A stretch of 64,000 nucleotides of DNA from an uncultured delta proteobacterium (GTDB lineage Bacteria > Desulfobacterota > RBG-13-43-22). Made by a program: the position numbers and the translations under genes. A model generated the notes under the pieces. It searched no databases. It saw only the letters and a list, made by a program, of their open reading frames with translations, and was not told the origin of the DNA. The DNA is taken from contig CAWJJC010000020.1 of NCBI GenBank assembly GCA_963843145.1, forward strand, positions 672,001 through 736,000. Direction: 5' to 3'. Below, in pieces: positions 48,416 to 58,498 of the stretch (positions are counted from its first letter, which is position 1; every line of letters starts with the position of its first letter).

Positions 48416-49207
48416 GTGCCCATTTCCTGGTTGAACTGGTCTCTGACGCAATTTCAGGCTTTCGTCATCGTCCTGACCCGGGTGGCCGCGGTCTTGTTTA
48501 TGATGCCGCTCCTGGGTACGCGCTATGTGCCCACCCTGGTAAAAATCGGGTTGGCCTTGGTGATCAGCTTGATCCTCCTGCCCTTGGTCAAGGTGGAAGT
48601 CTCGACCGCCCTGTTTGAACCGGTGGGCTTCGCCTGGTATCTGATCGCCGAGCTGATGCTTGGCCTCATCCTGGGGCTGACCATGAAGCTGATCTTCGCC
48701 GGGATCCAGTTGGCCGGGGAGTTCATGGGTTATCAGATGGGCCTGGCCATGGCCAGCCTTTTTGACCCCCAGTCCGGGGTGAACAACACGGTGACGGCCG
48801 AGTTCCTTTATCTGGTGGCCCTCTTGTTCTTCCTGGCCCTGAACGGGCACCACTGGTTTTTTAAGGCCCTGGTGGAAAGTTTCCGGGAGGTTGAACCGGG
48901 AGTGTTGCCGGTTCGGGCTGGCTTGTATGAATACCTGCTGCAGCTTTCCGGAAAGATGTTCGTGATCGCCATCAAGCTGGTGGCCCCGGTCATGGCCATT
49001 GTCTTGTTTGTCCATATGGCCCTGGGTCTGACGGCCAAGATGGTCCCCCAAATCAATCTACTGATGGCCAGTTTCCCCCTGACCATCGGCCTGGGTTTGG
49101 TCTTTCTGGCCTTATCGATCGAACTATTCGGCCCGTATTTTCAATCCCTGTTTGAAGAAACGGGAATGGGAATGATAAAAACCGTTCTCCCTTTAATGGG
49201 CAGGTAA
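48416..49207 (+). CDS. fliR: Export gate protein FliR
   Basis: AGEFMGYQMGL, NGHH and KMVPQIN. Confidence 0.96.
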   Translation: MPISWLNWSLTQFQAFVIVLTRVAAVLFMMPLLGTRYVPTLVKIGLALVISLILLPLVKVEVSTALFEPVGFAWYLIAELMLGLILGLTMKLIFAGIQLAGEFMGYQMGLAMASLFDPQSGVNNTVTAEFLYLVALLFFLALNGHHWFFKALVESFREVEPGVLPVRAGLYEYLLQLSGKMFVIAIKLVAPVMAIVLFVHMALGLTAKMVPQINLLMASFPLTIGLGLVFLALSIELFGPYFQSLFEETGMGMIKTVLPLMGR

Positions 49208-49209
49208 CC

Positions 49210-50277
49210 ATGGCTGAAGAATTTTCCGGGGAAAAAAGCGAACAGGCCACACCACGGCGGCGGGAGGAGGCCCGTAAAAAAGGGCAGGTCGCCAAAAGCC
49301 GAGAAATCCCTTCGGTCCTGGTGTTGATGACCGGGCTGCTGGTCCTTTTATTAATCGGCCGGCATTTGACACAACGTTTGGCGGACTTCACGGCCCAGAT
49401 GCTGGGACGGGCCGGCACGCTGTCGATCACACCCTCCTCGGTCCAGGCCCTGGGTCAGGAGCTGGTTACTTTTCTCCTGGTAGCCCTGGCTCCTCTCATG
49501 CTGGCCGTCCTGGCCATGGCGGTTCTGTCCAACTATATCCAGGTCGGTTCCCTGTTTGCCTTGGAACTCATCAAACCCGATTTTTCCAAGATCGATATTT
49601 TTAAGGGTTTGAAGCGTCTCTTTTCGATCCAATCCTTAGTGGAGATGCTTAAATCCTTGCTGAAATTGGTGATTATCGGCTATGTGGCCTATTCCACCAT
49701 CGCCGGAGAACTGCAAGAAATCCTACCCCTCACCGATCAGGAATTACCCGCCATCTTTAGCTATATCAGTCGGGTATCTTTCAACATCTTCATCAAGTCG
49801 ACCCTGGTGATGGCCTTGCTGGCCGGTCTGGACTATGTTTTCCAGCGGTTTCAGCACGAAAAGAAACTGCGCATGTCCCATCAGGAATTAAAGGAAGAGT
49901 TTAAACAGACCGAAGGAGACCCGTTAATCAAATCGCGGGTGCGCAGCCTCCAAAGGGAAATGGCCCGCCGGAGGATGATGGCCGAAGTCCCCAAGGCCGA
50001 TGTGATCATCACCAACCCAACCCATTTGGCCATAGCCGTAACCTATCGCAGCGGGGAAATGGTCGCCCCCCAAGTGTCGGCCAAAGGGGCGAATTTTCTG
50101 GCTGAGAAGATCAAAGAAATCGCCCGACACCATGGAATTCCCGTCCTGGAAAATAAACCCCTGGCCCAAGCCCTCTTTAAAACCGTGGATTTGGGGCAGA
50201 TGATCCCTCCCAGCCTCTACCAAGTGGTAGCGGAAATATTAGCCTATGTGTACCGGCTTAAAAACAAAAGGATCTGA
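49210..50277 (+). CDS. flhB: Export switch protein FlhB
   Basis: EKSEQATPRR, EGDP and the NPTH autocleavage motif. Confidence 0.97.
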   Translation: MAEEFSGEKSEQATPRRREEARKKGQVAKSREIPSVLVLMTGLLVLLLIGRHLTQRLADFTAQMLGRAGTLSITPSSVQALGQELVTFLLVALAPLMLAVLAMAVLSNYIQVGSLFALELIKPDFSKIDIFKGLKRLFSIQSLVEMLKSLLKLVIIGYVAYSTIAGELQEILPLTDQELPAIFSYISRVSFNIFIKSTLVMALLAGLDYVFQRFQHEKKLRMSHQELKEEFKQTEGDPLIKSRVRSLQREMARRRMMAEVPKADVIITNPTHLAIAVTYRSGEMVAPQVSAKGANFLAEKIKEIARHHGIPVLENKPLAQALFKTVDLGQMIPPSLYQVVAEILAYVYRLKNKRI

Positions 50278-50330
50278 GGAGAAGATGAAACCCATTTTTC
50301 TTTGGCCAAGAGACATTCCCAGAGGGCACC

Positions 50331-52430
50331 ATGGCGGTTGATTCTTTAGCTCCGGCTGCTCCGCTCCTTAGGGACAAAATCCGTTTAGACCAGGTCGACC
50401 TGATGATGGGGATCGGGGTGGTGGCCGTGCTCCTGGTCATGATCATCCCTTTGCCGGCTTTCATTTTGGATATACTTTTGTCCCTGAGCATCACCTGCTC
50501 TCTGGTCATTTTATTGACCTCCACCTATATTACCAAGCCCCTGGAATTTTCCACTTTTCCCTCCGTCCTGCTGGTCACCACCCTTTTCCGGCTGTCCCTG
50601 AACGTGGCCTCTACCCGCCTGATCCTCCTGCACGGCAACGAGGGCGGCGCCGCCGCCGGGCAGGTGATTAGGTCTTTTGGCAATTTCGTGGTGGGCGGCA
50701 ATTTTCTGGTGGGGTTTATCATCTTCAGCATCTTAGTCATTATTAATTTTGTGGTTATTACCAAGGGAAGCGGTCGAATCGCCGAAGTGGCGGCCCGCTT
50801 TACCCTGGATGCCATGCCGGGCAAGCAGATGGCCATCGATGCCGACTTGAACGCCGGGTTGATCGATGATCGGGAGGCCCGAAGCCGACGCGGCCAGATC
50901 GCCCGGGAGGCCGAATTTTATGGGTCCATGGATGGGGCCAGCAAATTCGTTCGCGGGGAGGCCATTGCCGGGATCATTATCATTCTAATCAATATCGGCG
51001 GCGGATTCATCATCGGCGTGTTGCAGCAATCCTTGTCGCTGGCCGTGGCCGCGCAGAACTACACCATCCTGACTATCGGCGACGCCTTGGTGACCCAGAT
51101 CCCGGCCCTGATGATTTCCACGGCCGCCGGTATTATCGTCACCCGGGCCGCCTCGGAAAACAGCATGGGAAAAGAACTCGGGCGGCAGTTCAAACTCCAG
51201 CCTCAGGCGATCAGTCTATCCGCCGGCATCCTTTTTTTCTTTGGCCTGATACCCGGACTGCCCCACCTTCCCTTTATCAGTCTGGCGTTGATTATCGGCT
51301 TTCTAGCGTTTCTGGTCTTCCGGGAACAAAAACGGCTGGCGGAAGGACTGGCGGCGGCGGAACCCAAAAAAGGTGCCGCTCAACCCGCCGAGCAGATCGA
51401 ATCCCTGCTGCATCTGGACCTGCTGGAATTGGAGGTGGGCTACGGTTTGATCCCCTTGGTGGATGAAGAACAACAGGGAAATCTCCTGGAACGGATCCGT
51501 TCCATCCGGCGCCAGTTCGCCTTGGAAATGGGTTTTATCGTTTCCCCGCTGCGGGTCCGGGACAACTTGCAGTTGAAACCGGGGGAATATCGTTTTCTGA
51601 TTAAGAACAACGAAGTAGCCAGAGGAGAAATGATGTTGGGCTATTGCCTGGCGTTGAACCCCGGCGAAGTAAAAAACGTCATCGAGGGAATCCCCACCCA
51701 GGAACCCGCTTTTCAACTCCCGGCCCTGTGGATCTCCGAAAAAAGAAAAGACGAGGCCCAGTTTGCCGGTTATACGGTGGTGGATATTTCGACCATTATC
51801 GCCACCCATTTAACGGAAGTCATCCGGAGCCATGCCCAGGAATTGCTGAGCCGCCAGGATGTGCAAAAATTATTGGACCACCTGTCCCAGAGTTACCCCA
51901 AATCGGTGGATGAATTGATCCCCAACCTGCTTTCCCTCGGGGTAATTCAGAGGGTTTTACAGAATTTATTGAAAGAAAGGGTTTCCATCCGGGATCTCCT
52001 GACAATCGTTGAAACTTTGGCTGACTACGGCCCGGTCACCAAAGATCCGGATATCCTTACCGAGTACGTTCGTCAAAAAATCGCCCGTTCCATCCTGAAA
52101 CAATATGAAACCGTCGAAGGTGTTTTGCCGCTGGTCACCCTGGATCAGCATCTGGAAGACATTCTTCGGGACGGCATTCAGAAAGTGGACCAGGGCGCTT
52201 ATCTTTCCTTAGAGCCCAGTCTGGCCCAGCGGATCCTGGTCAGCATCAACCAGACCCTGGAAAAAACCGTTCATTTAAATTATCAACCGATAATTCTCTG
52301 TTCACCCCCGATTCGGCGCCATCTAAAAAAACTGCTGGACCGGTTTATGCCCCAAGTGGTGGTCATCTCTCATAATGAGCTGACCGCCAAATCCAAAATT
52401 CAATCCTTAGGTACGGTGACTATCAGCTAA
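50331..52430 (+). CDS. flhA: Export apparatus protein FlhA
   Basis: RIAEVAARFTLDAMPGKQMAIDADL and FYGSMDGASKFV. Confidence 0.98.
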   Translation: MAVDSLAPAAPLLRDKIRLDQVDLMMGIGVVAVLLVMIIPLPAFILDILLSLSITCSLVILLTSTYITKPLEFSTFPSVLLVTTLFRLSLNVASTRLILLHGNEGGAAAGQVIRSFGNFVVGGNFLVGFIIFSILVIINFVVITKGSGRIAEVAARFTLDAMPGKQMAIDADLNAGLIDDREARSRRGQIAREAEFYGSMDGASKFVRGEAIAGIIIILINIGGGFIIGVLQQSLSLAVAAQNYTILTIGDALVTQIPALMISTAAGIIVTRAASENSMGKELGRQFKLQPQAISLSAGILFFFGLIPGLPHLPFISLALIIGFLAFLVFREQKRLAEGLAAAEPKKGAAQPAEQIESLLHLDLLELEVGYGLIPLVDEEQQGNLLERIRSIRRQFALEMGFIVSPLRVRDNLQLKPGEYRFLIKNNEVARGEMMLGYCLALNPGEVKNVIEGIPTQEPAFQLPALWISEKRKDEAQFAGYTVVDISTIIATHLTEVIRSHAQELLSRQDVQKLLDHLSQSYPKSVDELIPNLLSLGVIQRVLQNLLKERVSIRDLLTIVETLADYGPVTKDPDILTEYVRQKIARSILKQYETVEGVLPLVTLDQHLEDILRDGIQKVDQGAYLSLEPSLAQRILVSINQTLEKTVHLNYQPIILCSPPIRRHLKKLLDRFMPQVVVISHNELTAKSKIQSLGTVTIS

Positions 52431-53455
52431 TGCGCATCCGAAGGTTCGAAGCCGAAAATATGCAAGAGGCCATGAAACAGGTCAAGGCCGTTTTGGGCCC
52501 GGAGGCCTTAATCCTTTCCTCCCGGTCGATCAAAAATCCAAATCAGCCGCACCAGTCGATTTTTGAAATCGTAGCCGCCATGGACCCTGACCCGACACCG
52601 GCCTTTCCCAAACCACCGCCCCGAGCGCCTTCCCGAAACCGGCCTTATTCTTCGGAAGTTCGCTCGGGGTCGCCTTCCCCCGAGAGGATCGTGGAAAAAC
52701 TTCTGGCCTGCGGGCTCTCCCCGGATTGGGTGAGCCCCTTGATCCGGGAGCTCAAGACCCTCTCCGGGAAGGAAAAAGGTCTCGCGGGAGAACAATTCCA
52801 GGATTATCTCGTCCGAAGACTGGCGGACGGGGTGGAAGTAGCCGGCCCGCAACAATCCGCCGGCCGGGTCTATGCCCTGATCGGTCCCACCGGGGTGGGG
52901 AAAACGACGACCATCGCCAAGTTGGCCGCTTATTTCAGTTTAAAAATGGCTCAAAGAGTCCTGCTGCTGACCATTGACACCTATCGGATTGGGGCGGTAG
53001 AACAACTGGCCACCTACGCCCGTATTCTGGGCCTTCCCCTGAAGGTGGCGGCCAGCCCGAAAGAACTAAAATCCTGTCTGGAAGAGCGGGGTGAACAGGA
53101 TCTGGTGCTGATTGATACCGCGGGCCGAAGTCCCAATAACACCGGAATGCTGGATGAGTTACGGGACTTTCTGACCGTTTCTCCGGTTATTGGGAGCCAC
53201 CTGGTGGTCAGCGCCACCACCAAAGAGGGGGACTTAAAAAAGATTATCTCCGGATTCAGCGGCCTCCCCCTGGAAGGATATATCTGCACCAAGCTCGATG
53301 AAACGGACCACTATCTCCCGCTGCTCAATCAATTGGTGCCGACCCGACGTCCCTTGGCCTATTTTACCCACGGCCAGCGGGTACCCGAGGATTTGGAGCA
53401 GGTTACCAAGTCCCGGATCGTCCGATTATTATCCAATCAAATTCATTGGAATTGA
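52430..53455 (+). CDS. flhF: SRP-type GTPase FlhF
   Basis: GPTGVGKTTTIAKLAA, DTYRIGA, DTAGRS, TKLDE and GQRVPED. Confidence 0.95.
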   Translation: MRIRRFEAENMQEAMKQVKAVLGPEALILSSRSIKNPNQPHQSIFEIVAAMDPDPTPAFPKPPPRAPSRNRPYSSEVRSGSPSPERIVEKLLACGLSPDWVSPLIRELKTLSGKEKGLAGEQFQDYLVRRLADGVEVAGPQQSAGRVYALIGPTGVGKTTTIAKLAAYFSLKMAQRVLLLTIDTYRIGAVEQLATYARILGLPLKVAASPKELKSCLEERGEQDLVLIDTAGRSPNNTGMLDELRDFLTVSPVIGSHLVVSATTKEGDLKKIISGFSGLPLEGYICTKLDETDHYLPLLNQLVPTRRPLAYFTHGQRVPEDLEQVTKSRIVRLLSNQIHWN

Positions 53456-53469
53456 TGAGGGGGCCCCGG

Positions 53470-54387
53470 ATGGATCAAGCCGAAGGTTTAAGGAAGATGG
53501 TCAACGGCGCCCAGGTTGATTTTAAGGCCCTGCAGTCCGCCCCCAGCGCCTCGCTGTCGCCGACGGACAGCCCGCAGGTGATCTCCATTTCCAGCGGCAA
53601 AGGCGGAGTGGGGAAAACCAATATTGTGGCCAACCTGGCTTTGGCCCTGACCCGGTTAGGGAAGAGGGTTCTGATCCTGGATGCCGACCTGGGATTGGCG
53701 AATATTGATATTTTACTCGGATTGACTCCGCGCTACACCATCGAGCACTTGCTGACCGGTCAGAAGCGATTAGAGGATATTTTAGTCCAGGGTCCGGAAG
53801 GAATGGTGATCCTGCCGGCCGGGTCCGGGATCCCGGAACTGGCCGACTTAAATGAGGGTCAAAAACTTTTTCTCTTGAGCGAGATGGATCAATTGTCGCA
53901 GCGCATCGATCTCCTCTTGATTGACACCGGAGCGGGAATCTCGGCTAATGTGCTCTATTTCAACCTGGCCGCCCAGGAATCGATCATCATTATCACCCCG
54001 GAGCCCACTTCCCTGACCGATGCCTATGCTTTGATCAAGGTGCTGGCCACCCGACATCAAAAAAAGCATTTTATGGTCCTCGCCAATTCCGTGACCACTG
54101 AACCGGAGGCCAAGGAAGTCTTTAGAAAAATCAGTCTGGTCGCCGATCGTTTTTTAGGCAGTGTCTCTTTGGATTACCTGGGGTTTATTCCTCTGGATGA
54201 ACATGTCCTCAAGGCGGTCAGGAAACAAAAGGCCGTCTTGGAGCTCTTTCCGCAATCTCCGGCCGGGAAAAGTTTTATGGCCCTCTCGCAGCGCCTGCTG
54301 GACCGGCCCTTTCGTAACCGCAACGAAGGCAATATTCAGTTTTTCTGGAAGCAGGTCTGGGAGCATTCCCATTTTAATGTCTCATGA
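53470..54387 (+). CDS. flhG: MinD-like ATPase FlhG/FleN
   Basis: MDQAEGLR, SGKGGVGKT, DADLGLAN and TPEPTSLTDAYA. Confidence 0.94.
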   Translation: MDQAEGLRKMVNGAQVDFKALQSAPSASLSPTDSPQVISISSGKGGVGKTNIVANLALALTRLGKRVLILDADLGLANIDILLGLTPRYTIEHLLTGQKRLEDILVQGPEGMVILPAGSGIPELADLNEGQKLFLLSEMDQLSQRIDLLLIDTGAGISANVLYFNLAAQESIIIITPEPTSLTDAYALIKVLATRHQKKHFMVLANSVTTEPEAKEVFRKISLVADRFLGSVSLDYLGFIPLDEHVLKAVRKQKAVLELFPQSPAGKSFMALSQRLLDRPFRNRNEGNIQFFWKQVWEHSHFNVS

Positions 54388-55205
54388 AAAGGATGGCTGC
54401 TTTGAAAGCAAGTTTACAAAATTTTAGCCAGGTGAACGGATCGGCCCCCTTGAGGGCCTACGGCTCCGACCCGGAACCGTCGGCCGAGCGGGAGACCTTG
54501 ATTCTCAAGTACGCCCCGTTAATCAAATACATCGCCCATCGTTTGGCCATGCGGCTGCCGGCTCACGTCTCCGTGGAAGATTTGATCAGCGCCGGGGCCA
54601 TCGGATTGATGGATGCCCTGAATAAATTTGACCCGGGCAAGAAGGTCCAGTTCTCCACCTATGCGGAGTACCGGATTAAAGGGGCCATGCTGGACGAATT
54701 GAGGGCCCTGGACTGGGTACCTCGTTCGGTGCGGCAGAAAATGTCTCGTCTGGACAAGGCCTACTGGGAACTAGAAAAAGAAAAAGGACGCCCGGTGGAA
54801 GATGAGGAGATGGCCGAGGCCTTGGGGGTGACGCTGACCGATTTTTATGGACTGCTCAATGACACCAATCGGGTATCGCTCCTGGATATCGAAAACCTAC
54901 CGCGTCAATTAGCCGGTTTAAAAGATGATGAATTGGTGCAGTTGCTCCGGGATGATGAACATCGGGACCCCGCCTTTCAATTAAGCCTCATGGAAGTGAA
55001 AAAAATCTTGGCCCAGGCCATCGAGCGATTGTCCCAGAAGGAAAAAACCATCATCTCGCTTTATTATTATGAAGAAATGACCTTAAAGGAAATTGGCCAG
55101 ATTATGGGATTTACCGAATCCCGAATTTGCCAAATTCATTCCAAAGTTATCTTGAAGTTACGGGGCCAACTGAAAAAAGTATTCGATGCGGAAAGGGTAT
55201 CATGA
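54384..55205 (+). CDS. fliA: Flagellar sigma factor sigma28
   Basis: YAEYRIKGAMLDELRALDWVPRSVR and TESRICQIH. Confidence 0.96.
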   Translation: MKRMAALKASLQNFSQVNGSAPLRAYGSDPEPSAERETLILKYAPLIKYIAHRLAMRLPAHVSVEDLISAGAIGLMDALNKFDPGKKVQFSTYAEYRIKGAMLDELRALDWVPRSVRQKMSRLDKAYWELEKEKGRPVEDEEMAEALGVTLTDFYGLLNDTNRVSLLDIENLPRQLAGLKDDELVQLLRDDEHRDPAFQLSLMEVKKILAQAIERLSQKEKTIISLYYYEEMTLKEIGQIMGFTESRICQIHSKVILKLRGQLKKVFDAERVS

Positions 55206-55232
55206 CTTCTGGTCAAAAAGAGGGAGCTGGAT

Positions 55233-55613
55233 ATGGATGTTAAGATGAAGGTTTTGGTGGTGGATGATTTTTCCACTATGCGGCGGATTGTCAAAAATAT
55301 TCTTCGGCAGTTGGGATTTGAAAACATCCTGGAAGCCGACGACGGGATGAGCGCCCTGGACGTGTTGCGCAGTCAGAAGGTCGATTTCATCATTTCCGAC
55401 TGGAATATGCCTCGCTTTTCCGGGATCGAACTGCTAAAAGCCGTCCGGACCAATGAAGAGTGGAAAGACCTCCCCTTCCTGATGGTTACGGCCGAAGGTC
55501 AAAAGGAAAACGTGATTGAGGCCGTCAAAGCCAAGGTCAGCAATTATATTGTCAAGCCTTTTACGCCGGAAACGTTGGCCGAAAAGATTAAGAAAATTTT
55601 TGAAAAAGGGTAA
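55233..55613 (+). CDS. cheY: Chemotaxis response regulator CheY
   Basis: LVVDDFSTMRRI, SDWNMP, MVTAE and YIVKPFT. Confidence 0.96.
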   Translation: MDVKMKVLVVDDFSTMRRIVKNILRQLGFENILEADDGMSALDVLRSQKVDFIISDWNMPRFSGIELLKAVRTNEEWKDLPFLMVTAEGQKENVIEAVKAKVSNYIVKPFTPETLAEKIKKIFEKG

Positions 55614-55616
55614 ATC

Positions 55617-56106
55617 ATGAATCGACGGAGACGGTTTTTTTTCTCAAAAAAAGGATGGGGCCTGATCCTCCTGGCGCTGACCATCTGCGGAGGATGGTTG
55701 CTCTCCAGCCAGGGACGGCCGGGGGATGACCGGCTAACCGCCTTTTTATTCACTAAAGCCGCTACCCCTTTACCCGTCCGGGAAATACCCGGAACCGGGC
55801 GCAGAGAAATGAAGGGCTGGAAGCTGACTCCTTTTTGGCTGTCGCTGGTTCACCAGGGACAGCCTACCCTGGCGGAGATTCGGGTGGCCTTGCAGCTAGC
55901 CGCCCCCTTCAGTCCTGATGAAGGATCGATCCGCTTAAGGGAATTGCGGGAGACCGTTTGGAGTGTTATCCAGGCGCCCGAAGCTACTCTGTTGCAACCG
56001 GGGGGAAGAAATCGGATGGAAGAGACTTTGACGCGTTCGCTTGAATGAGCACATTTTTCAAGGAACACTAAAGGGGGTAACGCTGGAGATCTTTCCCTGG
56101 TCGTAG
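55617..56106 (+). CDS. Divergent second FliL-like protein, frameshift near 56037
   Basis: N-terminal TM, LTPFWLSL and ELRETVWSVI; another frame continues RLNEHIFQGTLKGVTLEIFPWS*, resembling a FliL C-terminus. Confidence 0.55.
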
Positions 56107-56143
56107 AGTTCCCAGGAACCGGCCTTCCTCTCCGGAAATCGTT

Positions 56144-56362
56144 ATGGCTGACAGTTTCCTTTCCACACCGCTCAATCAAACGGCACCGGTGAATCGCCTC
56201 CGGGATTCCAAACAGGAGGTGCCGGACCGCTACGGGAAAAGGCCGCGCCCGAAGAAACCCGAAGGGCTGCCCCCGAAGTCGGAAGAAAAAGAGAAATCCG
56301 CAACCCCGGAGATCGAAGAGGAAACCAAAAAATCCGGGAAGATTTTGGACATCGTCATCTGA
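56144..56362 (+). CDS. Small charged hypothetical protein
   Basis: 72 aa, disordered, ends SGKILDIVI; fits the operon spacing. Confidence 0.65.
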   Translation: MADSFLSTPLNQTAPVNRLRDSKQEVPDRYGKRPRPKKPEGLPPKSEEKEKSATPEIEEETKKSGKILDIVI

Positions 56363-56369
56363 AAAAATT

Positions 56370-56843
56370 ATGAATATGGAAAATCCCATCTTTTGGATGA
56401 CCGTCGTCGAAGGGGCGGCCATTGTGATCTTATCCGTCTCGATCCTCTGGATGCTCTGGGCCAAAAGAACCGGAAAGTGGGCTGCCGGCGAGGCCGCCGA
56501 CGAGCAAGCGCCGGCGCTGCCGATCGAAGAACTCAGGCAACTAATGGCAGAATCCCAGGTCATTACCCAGGACCTGGCCGGAAATTTAAAGGAAAAAAAA
56601 TTGATTTCCCAGCAATTGCTAGCGCAATTGGATGAAAAAATCAATAAATTAACCTGGCTGCTGGGTCGGGCCGAGGAAGCATCCCTTCAGCCTCGGCCTA
56701 CGGAGAACACCACCAACATCTATGTTAAAGCTATTGAACTGGCGGATCAAGGCCTTTCCCTACCGGAAATAGAGCAACAACTCCACCTGGCCAAGGGGGA
56801 GGTCCAATTGCTGTTGGACCTGAAAGCCTACTGCCTGAAATAA
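56370..56843 (+). CDS. Membrane-anchored coiled-coil protein with C-terminal HTH-like motif (DUF2802-like)
   Basis: TM segment, coiled coil, and YVKAIELADQGLSLPEIEQQLHLAKGEVQLLLDL. Confidence 0.75.
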   Translation: MNMENPIFWMTVVEGAAIVILSVSILWMLWAKRTGKWAAGEAADEQAPALPIEELRQLMAESQVITQDLAGNLKEKKLISQQLLAQLDEKINKLTWLLGRAEEASLQPRPTENTTNIYVKAIELADQGLSLPEIEQQLHLAKGEVQLLLDLKAYCLK

Positions 56844-56859
56844 ATCTTCGAGGACCTTC

Positions 56860-57948
56860 GTGCCGATCCCCTCTTTGGACGCCATCCTAAACACCGTCGG
56901 AATAACCCTTCTGCCTGCCAAACCGATCGATCGGGACTCGTTCACTCTGGGAGAAATCATCCCGGTGAAATGGGTACGTTCCCTGGACCCGCAGCGGATC
57001 CTCATCCAGGTTAAAGGGAGGGAACTGGTTGCCGAAACGGCTTTCCCCCTTCCCGAGGGGACTGAATTCCAGGCGCGGGTGGAGCAATTGGAACCCCGCC
57101 TAATTTTTAAGTTCCTGATGCCGGCCAGCGGCGATTCGGTTTCTTTCAGCCTGCTTAAAAAATATTGGGTCGGCGATCCGCCGCTGGAGAGGCTGGTCGA
57201 AAGCTGGAAAGCGCTCGAAAACTCCCAAGGACCTTCTCTGCCCAAGGAAGTTCAGGAGACCTGGACCCGAATCCGGGAGACGATCAAGATTTTTTCCGGG
57301 ATGCTGGAAGCCGGCGCGGATCCCCAGGCCCTGGCCCGGATCATTGATCAATCGGGTCTGAACTTGGAAAATAAAATGCGGCGAATAATCGATGCGGACG
57401 GAAAGCCTTTCCCCGCAGACCTGCTGCTAGGGGACCTGAAAGGCCTGCTCTTAAAAATGAAGGCCCAGTTGGAACGGGCTGCACCGGAAACGGCTCGTGA
57501 ACTTCAACCCCTTATCCAGAAGATGGAGCTCTACCAATTGCTCAATGCCGGGGAGGGAGACCCTTCTAAACTCCTCCTCCTAATTCCCTTTCTTTTCCCG
57601 GAAGGGCTTCGCTGGACGGAAATCCTGTTTTCCGGGGATCGGGGAGGCCGAGAGTCCGCCGAAGAACGGGGAAACGGCCTTCTTTTTCTCCTGGACCTGC
57701 CGGCCCTGGGAAAATTGCAGGTTGAGATCCAGATCCGTGAAAACCGTCTGCACGGCCGTTTCAAAACGCCGGATCCAAGAATCGGGGAATATCTGCAGGA
57801 AAACCTGTCCCGACTGGCAGACCGCCTGGGGCTGGCCGGATATTTGGCGGATATCGAAATCCGGGTGGTGGACCCGCAGCAACTCCAGGAGATCCTACCG
57901 GCCCGGCTGGAAAGTTTCCCGGATTCCTTGATGAGCCTGGTGGTTTGA
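56860..57948 (+). CDS. FliK-like C-terminal domain protein
   Basis: SGLNLENK and LFLLDLPALGKLQVEI; coupled to the FlhB-C-like gene. Confidence 0.75.
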   Translation: MPIPSLDAILNTVGITLLPAKPIDRDSFTLGEIIPVKWVRSLDPQRILIQVKGRELVAETAFPLPEGTEFQARVEQLEPRLIFKFLMPASGDSVSFSLLKKYWVGDPPLERLVESWKALENSQGPSLPKEVQETWTRIRETIKIFSGMLEAGADPQALARIIDQSGLNLENKMRRIIDADGKPFPADLLLGDLKGLLLKMKAQLERAAPETARELQPLIQKMELYQLLNAGEGDPSKLLLLIPFLFPEGLRWTEILFSGDRGGRESAEERGNGLLFLLDLPALGKLQVEIQIRENRLHGRFKTPDPRIGEYLQENLSRLADRLGLAGYLADIEIRVVDPQQLQEILPARLESFPDSLMSLVV

Positions 57949-58235
57949 TGTCGCGGAAAAAGGAATTTCACCAGGCGGCTGCCTTGAAATATCACCCGGG
58001 CCGGGATTCGGCCCCCCGGGTCACGGCCCAAGGGTCCGGCCTGGTGGCGGAAAAGATCATTGATCTGGCTCGCCGAAACGGCATTCCCATTAAGGAGGAT
58101 CCGGCCCTGATTCAGGTCCTGTCAAAACTGGATCTCAATCAGGAAATTCCACCGGCTGTTTATGTAGTGGTGGCCGAGATCCTGGCCTTCGTCTATTCCC
58201 TTAACAAAGGATACGCGGCAGCCAAGAAATCTTAA
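57948..58235 (+). CDS. FlhB C-terminal-domain-only protein (EscU/YscU/HrcU family)
   Basis: AAALKY..APRVTAQGSG..AEKII and EIPPAVYVVVAEILAFVY. Confidence 0.92.
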   Translation: MSRKKEFHQAAALKYHPGRDSAPRVTAQGSGLVAEKIIDLARRNGIPIKEDPALIQVLSKLDLNQEIPPAVYVVVAEILAFVYSLNKGYAAAKKS

Positions 58236-58450
58236 GTTTAGGCGACAAAACCTCACTCTAGGTAAAAATTTCCTATCCGGGCAAAACGGCACCCCCTGGA
58301 GGGACTCCGGGGAAGCAATTCAAGCCCTCTTTCGGGCTGATACTTATCGGGTGGGCCCGAGAGATAAAAAATAGATAACGAATTTAATTAGTTAAGTTTA
58401 GCGGGGCCATGGCCGGCCTGGCCAAGGATTCGGCCCCAGGACAGACCAAA

Positions 58451-58466
58451 TGGCACAGGCATTGCA
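58451..58466 (+). promoter_or_regulatory. Sigma54 promoter for the flgF operon
   Basis: TGGCACAGGCATTGCA. Confidence 0.87.
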
Positions 58467-58498
58467 GACATGAATAATAAACGAGGGGAGAGACGATC

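Noticed and set aside
56841-56869. Possible sigma28 promoter TAAA...GCCGATCC
   Set aside because: The spacer is 17 bp rather than 15, and the -10 element overlaps the start codon.
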